A DNA stretch of 64,000 nt from Blepharisma stoltei ATCC 30299 (lineage: Eukaryota; Protista; Ciliophora). The stretch lies in contig CBFDEM010000043.1 in assembly GCA_965603825.1 (NCBI GenBank), positions 372,001 through 436,000 on the forward strand. The letters are read 5' to 3'. Below are positions 57,586 through 64,000 of the stretch, piece after piece (positions within the stretch are counted from its first letter, which is position 1; the number at the start of each line of letters is the position of its first letter). The notes beneath the pieces were generated by a model that did not search any database, had not been told where the DNA came from, and saw only the letters and a program-made list of their open reading frames with translations. A program made the position numbers and the translations under genes.

Positions 57586-57855
57586 ATGGAGGATTCTTTT
57601 AATAAGCAAGTCAAACTGATGATTGATGCCACAAAATGCCATGAGGAATTTCAAGCTTATGATAACTGCATGAGTAAATCTAAAAAGAAATCAGAAGTCA
57701 AGAAATGTAAAGAGCTTTATAAGGTTTATCAGTTTTGCATTACAAAAAGAGAAGATGATAGATTGCATGTGTCAGATGATTGGGCAAAGTTTAAGGCTAA
57801 GTGGGGGCATTTACCGAATGAGCCGAGCCCTGAAGTTCCAAATAAAAAAGAGTAA
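57586..57855 (+). CDS. Twin CX9C (CHCH) mitochondrial intermembrane-space-type protein
   Basis: CHEEFQAYDNC and CKELYKVYQFC. Confidence 0.75.
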   Translation: MEDSFNKQVKLMIDATKCHEEFQAYDNCMSKSKKKSEVKKCKELYKVYQFCITKREDDRLHVSDDWAKFKAKWGHLPNEPSPEVPNKKE

Positions 57856-58272
57856 TTTAAATAAGTAAGAATATTACAAAGTTTATTAATGCATAAGTTC
57901 AGCTGAATTTTAATTGAGGGAATGTTAGTAAGACTTTATTATAGCTGAAAATGCTATTGTGTATGTATTTTTACTTCAAGAATAATCAAAAATGTGTTTT
58001 AATAATCATATTAGGAGATATAAATTGACGCATTAAATTGAGAAATTACAATATAAATCACCATATATTATCAAAAAAATAATCAAAATTAAAAGAACAA
58101 AAATTTAGCTTTTCTCAAGAATAAAAAGTACTGTGAAATGATTAAAGGTATTGGATACAAAATCATTTATCCTAATGATGGCATTCGTTTAGTTATTTAT
58201 ATTTCGCCTAGTGGGAATATTTAATTGAAGTCTTATTTTTAATCAACTTGATTACTTTTAATATACACATAA

Positions 58273-59205
58273 ATGGACAAAACTGGCAAGATCAACAAGA
58301 AACGTCTTGATGATGATTCTGAAGACAGCTATTACGAAGTCCAGCTAGAAGACATAATAACACAGGCGAAGCCTGAGGACCAAATTTCAAGAAGCTCATT
58401 AAGCATATACTCATTTGTCAAGTTTCTCCATTCATTTTGTTCATGCTTAAAAGTATCCACAAAAAAGCCTCAAAAAATAACAGAAAAGTTTGTTTTACTC
58501 CCACCAAAAGATTTTCAGTCAAAAATAGCCAAAACCCTTGTGTTAGATTTGGATGAAACCTTAGTGCATAGCTCATTAAAACCTGTCAACAATCCAGATA
58601 TGGTTATTCAAATAGAAGTTGAAGGAATAACAAGCTTGATTTATGTCAAGATTCGGCCAGGAGTTTCTGAATTTTTGGCTAAGGTATCAAGGCTCTATGA
58701 AATTGTGCTGTTTACTGCAAGCTTATCTAAATATGCAAACCCAGTGATAAACAAGCTAGATCCAGATAATTATATAAGCTCAAGGCTGTTTCGTGAAAAT
58801 TGCGTCATATATAATGGAAATTATGTGAAGAATTTAAGCCAGCTGGGAAGGAATGTAAAAGATGTAGTTATTGTGGATAACTCTCCGATTGCATATTCCA
58901 TGCATCCAAATAATGCTGTTCCAATCAAATCATGGTTTGATGACGAATATGATAAAGAACTTGGGAAAATTATTCCAATTTTGGAAAGTTTATCAAGAGT
59001 TGAAGATATTCCTTCAGTGATTCAAGATTTGAATCAGAGAAAAATAAAGCTAAGCCCGAAAAATATTTTGAATTTGCCGAAAACTGTCCAGCAGCAAGTC
59101 GAACTTTCTGGACCAAAAACATACAGAGAAGAAGAAAGAAGCTTCTTCAATTCCCCAATGTATAAATCGACTTCTGAAAAAGTGTTCAGATTTGAAACTA
59201 ACTAA
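58273..59205 (+). CDS. CTD small phosphatase (FCP1/SCP, NIF family)
   Basis: TLVLDLDETLVHS, RPG, FTAS..YA and IVDNSP. Confidence 0.93.
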   Translation: MDKTGKINKKRLDDDSEDSYYEVQLEDIITQAKPEDQISRSSLSIYSFVKFLHSFCSCLKVSTKKPQKITEKFVLLPPKDFQSKIAKTLVLDLDETLVHSSLKPVNNPDMVIQIEVEGITSLIYVKIRPGVSEFLAKVSRLYEIVLFTASLSKYANPVINKLDPDNYISSRLFRENCVIYNGNYVKNLSQLGRNVKDVVIVDNSPIAYSMHPNNAVPIKSWFDDEYDKELGKIIPILESLSRVEDIPSVIQDLNQRKIKLSPKNILNLPKTVQQQVELSGPKTYREEERSFFNSPMYKSTSEKVFRFETN

Positions 59206-59307
59206 GCATTTATATAAAGTGCTTTTATTATAATCGAAAACCTAAAATGGTTTAAAATTAATATTTTTGGAGTTTTTTTAATAGTATTTCAGACATTTTT
59301 AATTTAA

Positions 59308-59835
59308 ATGATCACTCAACTTATTCATTCAGGCGCCAATTCGATACCACGGAGCAAAAGTATGCATGATGCCAAATATGCATCAATATTAACGCCGATT
59401 GGTAAAATTGGTATATCAGTTCTCAACTCAAAGCTGGAATCTATTTCATGGCTCTCAGAATCATCTCCACTGATAGAGCCTGATGACCAAAGTACTAAAT
59501 ATATTGCATCTGAGCTTTCAAATTATTTTATGAATCCTAATTATAGATTCAACGTTGACATGATGCTCGTAGGCACCCCATTCCAGAAACGAGTTTGGGA
59601 AGCTTTAATTAATATTCCTCCAGGACAGGTAATGACCTATGGAGAGCTCGCAAAACAACTTTCTACAAGTCCAAGAGCAGTTGGAGGTGCTTGCAAGGCA
59701 AATCCTATTCCAATTATTGTCCCATGCCATCGAGTTGTAGCTATGAACAGCCTTGGAGGCTTCTTTGGTGAGCAAAGCGGTCATATGATGGATATAAAAA
59801 CCTGGCTGCTGAGGCATGAAGGAGCTAAACTTTAA
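59308..59835 (+). CDS. MGMT: O6-methylguanine-DNA methyltransferase (Ogt/MGMT)
   Basis: GTPFQKRVW, IPPGQVMTYGELA, RAVGGAC..NP..IIVPCHRVV and LL.HEG. Confidence 0.93.
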   Translation: MITQLIHSGANSIPRSKSMHDAKYASILTPIGKIGISVLNSKLESISWLSESSPLIEPDDQSTKYIASELSNYFMNPNYRFNVDMMLVGTPFQKRVWEALINIPPGQVMTYGELAKQLSTSPRAVGGACKANPIPIIVPCHRVVAMNSLGGFFGEQSGHMMDIKTWLLRHEGAKL

Positions 59836-59878
59836 ATTAAAATAATCCTGCAGCAAATTTTCATATATTTTTATAAAA

Positions 59879-60748
59879 ATGATCAACTCTCCCACATCTC
59901 AAAAAGGTGTTACCATGGATTTCATCAAAGAAATCTCTGAAAAGGTTTCACGATTAAGGAATTTAAGTAACTCAAAAAGCATTGCTGCTTTGGAAGTACA
60001 AATAAAAGAATTATCAGATTCTAAAACTTCGATGTCAGGGTTCACATCTCGAGAGATTTCTTATTTGAATGAAAAAACTGACTCTTGTATTGAAGTGCCA
60101 CCACCTAATGACTTGGAAGCAATGAGCGGATCAGGAATTCCTAATGATTCACTTAATATAACAATTAGCAGCTCTGATGCATTCTCTGATAAAGAATATG
60201 ACCCAATAGGTGACCATGAAAAAATCAAAAAGCGGCATAAAGATCTTTGCAAAGCTGTAAAAGGACAGCTTAGCAATTTAAAAAAGAAAAGCGAAGAAAA
60301 TATCAATAATACCAAGAAATTTAATAGCGAAATAGGATTTTATAAAGATCAACTGACTGATATGAAAAAATCTGTTACTGATTTATTGGAAGAAGCTGAG
60401 CACACAAAGGAATATTTGAGTAGCTTAAGAGGGCATTTTGAATCAGTGACCGAAAATTTGCGAGATAAAGAAGAACTTAATAAAGAAGTAGAATTTGATA
60501 TTAGCGATATAAAATCAAGCCCTCCTCCTGATCAAGCCAACATATTGGATATGATAAGACAGCTACAGGCAAAAACAAATCTTATGAAACAGAATATTTA
60601 TTGTAAGGAAACCGAGCTTGTTTATCGAGAAGAAGAAAATAAAGAGCTCAAAGAGCTAATTGCAAGGCTTGGAAAGAGTTTAGTGGACACAGAGCCAAAA
60701 CTAGAAGTTGAAGAGCAAAGTTCAAGCTGCCAATGCATTATAATTTAA
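59879..60748 (+). CDS. Coiled-coil protein with C-terminal CaaX (CIII)
   Basis: 289-aa ORF; REEENKELKELIARL; ends SSCQCIII. Confidence 0.72.
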   Translation: MINSPTSQKGVTMDFIKEISEKVSRLRNLSNSKSIAALEVQIKELSDSKTSMSGFTSREISYLNEKTDSCIEVPPPNDLEAMSGSGIPNDSLNITISSSDAFSDKEYDPIGDHEKIKKRHKDLCKAVKGQLSNLKKKSEENINNTKKFNSEIGFYKDQLTDMKKSVTDLLEEAEHTKEYLSSLRGHFESVTENLRDKEELNKEVEFDISDIKSSPPPDQANILDMIRQLQAKTNLMKQNIYCKETELVYREEENKELKELIARLGKSLVDTEPKLEVEEQSSSCQCIII

Positions 60749-62020
60749 GATTAGCTTCATGTAATTTATAATTATTTTATAATAAATATATAAATTTAAA
60801 ATATTTTAAATAAACGAAGAATTAAAAAAATGAATTTAATTTGTTATTTCATATTATAGAAGTAAAGAAATATTCAAGTAAGGTTTGCTTGCCCAGAAAT
60901 ATCACTAAAACAATTAATGCGAGTTCTTTTAAAAATAATATAATGAAATTAAAGATAAAGAACTTTAAAACAAACATACCTAAGCAATTTAAAATATTGA
61001 TTAAAATTTCTATATAAAAATTGAATATTTATTTCCCTTTATACAGCAAGCTTTAAAAGTTTAATTGCAGCATTTTTTATTAATTGAGAAAGGAAATAGA
61101 AAATTGCTTTATAAATTACTATAAAACTGATCAAAGATAAAAATCAAAACTAAATTAAGAAATAGCTCATCTTTTAAAGCAAATTCATTCAATAAATAAT
61201 TTAAAGAACTAAAACTTCGATAAATCTGAGATTATGACATGAGTCTGGATTTCTTTGAGTTTATTGAATATATTTATAATTAAAATAAGCTTAGCCCGAT
61301 ATTTCAATAAATTTTCCTTATTTTCATTTGTTTATCTTTTTCTTAAATAATAAAATTTAAAACGCTTATTATTTTATTCTTTTTATTGATCAGCTTCTTC
61401 CATTTTTGAAAACCATTTTCCCAAGCATCTTAAGAATAATGATAATTTTTTTAAGAATACGAAAGGTAAATTTATTTTTATAATTTGCGAGGCTGCATCA
61501 TAATTACCCTAAGCTTACTAACCTTAAATGAAATTTTTAATTTATTCAAAAAACTCTCCAAAGTTTTATTACCTAATTTTCTATAACAGAATTGCAAAGA
61601 TTTATTATGTCTATCTTTTATTTACTAAGATTCCATTATTATTGAAAATATTTATAAAACTTAATTTCATCAAATCAGGATTTTCAGCCTTGAAAATTTT
61701 TTTAGAAGTTTCAATACTTACATCTTGGCTTATTATAAGCTAAACTCTTATAAAATGTCATCTTTGCACTATAAATATTAAAAATTAATAATTTTCTAGA
61801 TTTTTAGCACCAGCAGTAATTCAAATACTAATGATTGCTATAGGCTAAAATGCTGGAAAACTTTATTATCATACTTAGAAAATACCAAAAAAATTAATAA
61901 AAGCCAGTTAATATGTTTTAATCACGATAATCCATGCTGAACCTTAAAACTAGATTTTGCCCTTTTTACAAGTATCCGTTTCACCATTTTCTAATTTATA
62001 CTTCGCAGAAAATTTAAATT

Positions 62021-62542
62021 ATGAGCTTCATCGACAGGCTAAATTTGACCCAATCAGTGTGGTTTTGCTGCATATACCCTAACTGCAGCAATCACTATAA
62101 CACAAAGTTCAATCTGAAGCAACATATCGAAAATGTTCACCTAAAACTCAAGAAATATCAGTGCAAATACTGCCAAAAACTCCTTATTAGCAAGCAAAAC
62201 CTTAAGGAACACTTAAATATTCATACAGAATCCACACCTTTTAAATGTAAGATTTGTGAAAAATCTTTTAGGCAAGCAAGTCAGCTTTCACTTCATAAGC
62301 GAACTCACTCAGAGAATAACATAATAGCAATAAACCAAGAACAAACTAAAAAAAGAAATAAACAAGCAAAAGACTTCTATACCCCCGATGTATCGAAGTT
62401 AGAGAGCAACTTTGTGATGACTCCTGTGCTACTAAACCTGCCTCTAATCAGAGATAGGAAGGAGTTTGGACAAAGATTGCCTGCTTTCACATCTATTAGT
62501 AGAAAATCAAATCCATATATAATTAAAAACAAACTTCACTAA
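62021..62542 (+). CDS. C2H2 zinc-finger protein (three fingers)
   Basis: CIYPNC..LKQHIENVH, CKYC..LKEHLNIH and CKICEKSF..LSLHKRTH. Confidence 0.88.
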   Translation: MSFIDRLNLTQSVWFCCIYPNCSNHYNTKFNLKQHIENVHLKLKKYQCKYCQKLLISKQNLKEHLNIHTESTPFKCKICEKSFRQASQLSLHKRTHSENNIIAINQEQTKKRNKQAKDFYTPDVSKLESNFVMTPVLLNLPLIRDRKEFGQRLPAFTSISRKSNPYIIKNKLH

Positions 62543-62981
62543 GTAAAGCTAATAATAATAATGATTATTTTTGTCCTTAAATAAAATGGCAGCCTAGTGA
62601 CTATAATTACGCTTAAAAGATGGAGAATGGGATAATAATGGCTGAGCATCAAAAAACATTTAAAAAATAATTTTTGGGTAATAATTTTGCAATAATATTT
62701 ATTGAGATTTTTTATTGGCGCTGTTTTTATTCTTAATCGTTTTTCAAATATTTACGCATTAATACCATACAAGTTATAACTATTTTTAAATCCAATAATG
62801 TTTTTAGTGATTTAAGCAGATAAGTCAAGATATAGAAAAAGAAAATTAAAATTTTTCAATTTTCGGGTTCATGTATTTTAACTCTGTTATGCAGCTATTT
62901 CTCAAAAAACCCTTAGCTGGATATATTTAAATCTTAAAACCAAAGATATCCCATATCCAGTTAAAATAATCATTTTCGAAA

Positions 62982-64000
62982 ATGATTAAATATGCCTTAC
63001 TAGGAGGTGCAGCGTGAGTACTTTATCCAATTGCTGATAATAAAATTAAATTCTACCATGCTGAAACTCCTAAGAATAAACAGCTCATTGAATCTATTCC
63101 AACTCTAGCAAAAGGCTCATTTTTCCCAACTATTTGAATTCCTGGAGGATTCTTGCAAGCTCTTTTAGGTTCAGGAAGAACAAGGATGAAAAATGACTTA
63201 AAATTCACAGAAAGCGTGCTTTATCAAAGGGAGCTAATTACCTTAGAAGATGGTGGAACATATTCCGTTGATTGAGTAATGGGAAATGAAATGCCAGACA
63301 ATAATAAAATTTTACTAATTGTCCCTGGGCTAACTGGAGGAAGTGAGGCTCCTTATATCAAAAACCCTGTGAAGATTGCGCAAGATAAAGGCTATAGAGT
63401 TGGAGTAGTTCATGGAAGAGGCATATGTGGTACCCCATTAACCACTTTAAAACCAAACTTGCTTGGCGATTCAAAAGACTTGGGATTTGCCATTCAGCAT
63501 ATACACAAAAAATACCCTGATGCACCAATAGTTGCATTGGGAACTTCAATGGGTGGAAATTTAGTCCTAAAATATGCAGGAGAGTCTGGAAACGATTGTT
63601 TATTAAAAGGGATTTCAGTAATTTCAACACCATTTGATATAGCGATATGTGCCAGGTATCTAAAAAAAAATTGGCCAAAATCAAGGATAGCTGATATGTA
63701 TTTAACAAAAAGTATCCTTAATATGATAACTAGGCATGAAGATTTCTATGAAGCTTGGGAGAAAGACTTCGGTGTTAGCATGGATACTGCAATTAAAGTA
63801 GAAAGGAGTTTTGATTTTGATTTGCATTTCACTTGTAAAGTTTTAGGACACAACGATCCTGAAGATTATTATGAATACTCAAGCTGTGTTTCGTATTTAA
63901 ATAAAATCAAAGTTCCAGTTTTTGCATTGAGCTCTATGAATGATCCTGTAGTGACCAATAAATGCATACCATATGATGAATTTAAATCAAACCCTAATTT
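62982..64000 (+). CDS. Alpha/beta hydrolase of the ABHD1/2/3-YheT family; truncated by the window end
   Basis: Absent from the ORF track. ATG 62982; PTI-W(TGA)..LQ, YQRELITLEDGG..VD-W(TGA), LIVPGLTGGS, nucleophile motif GTSMGG and NDPVV. Confidence 0.88.

Noticed and set aside
60750-62020. Long AT-rich gaps (also 12016-12979, 44850-45420, 54500-55346) as IESs, transposon remnants or ncRNA loci, including ORFs 12264-12467 and 61528-61743
   Set aside because: No terminal repeats, telomeric repeats, transposase motifs or tRNA/snRNA structure recognised. The small ORFs have intergenic composition. An IES cannot be shown without germline versus somatic reads.
136-63708. Numerous antisense or overlapping ORFs in the track (e.g. 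537-932, 14056-14517, 14785-15222, 28867-29253, 63358-63708)
   Set aside because: They are shadows of real genes on the opposite strand or another frame, are Ser/Phe/Leu-rich, and carry no motifs.
1-64000. Bacterial (Mycoplasma-like) or mitochondrial origin suggested by TGA=Trp
   Set aside because: Gene content is nuclear eukaryotic (SMC4, axonemal proteins, RPS18, Myb) and spliceosomal introns are present.

Overview
Gene-dense, AT-rich eukaryotic DNA, most likely the somatic (macronuclear) genome of a heterotrich ciliate of the Blepharisma type. Two sequence-level signatures support this. (1) In-frame TGA falls at invariant Trp positions of conserved proteins (Myb CRER-W, kinase D-I-W, Trm61 PEL-W, Mpp10 EEQI-W, E2 F-W), while TAA/TAG end the genes. 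(2) Six spliceosomal introns are exactly 15 nt (GTA...A10...YAG). The supplied ORF track uses the standard code, so it fragments or misses many genes. Re-read with TGA=Trp and the micro-introns, the window holds about 45 genes, including TCF25/Rqc1, DNALI1, SMC4, a CDPK7-like kinase, MPP10, TRM61, FEN1, RPS18, CFAP74, MsrA, CDPK, R2R3 Myb, MGMT and an ABHD hydrolase. The most unusual element is a hidden ~1,700-aa gene (45422-50530): caspase-like CHAT protease + Cys/His-rich insert + STAND NTPase + TPR, followed by a second, degenerate CHAT + NTPase unit, i.e. an NLR/Avs-like immune or death module. Other oddities are a UBL-VWA-E2-U-box ubiquitination fusion, a papain-family protein lacking Cys25, a proteobacterial-looking Ogt, and head-to-head genes only 15-51 bp apart. 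I recognised no RNA genes, telomeres, transposons or CRISPR arrays. All family assignments come from motif recognition by eye, not from database searches.
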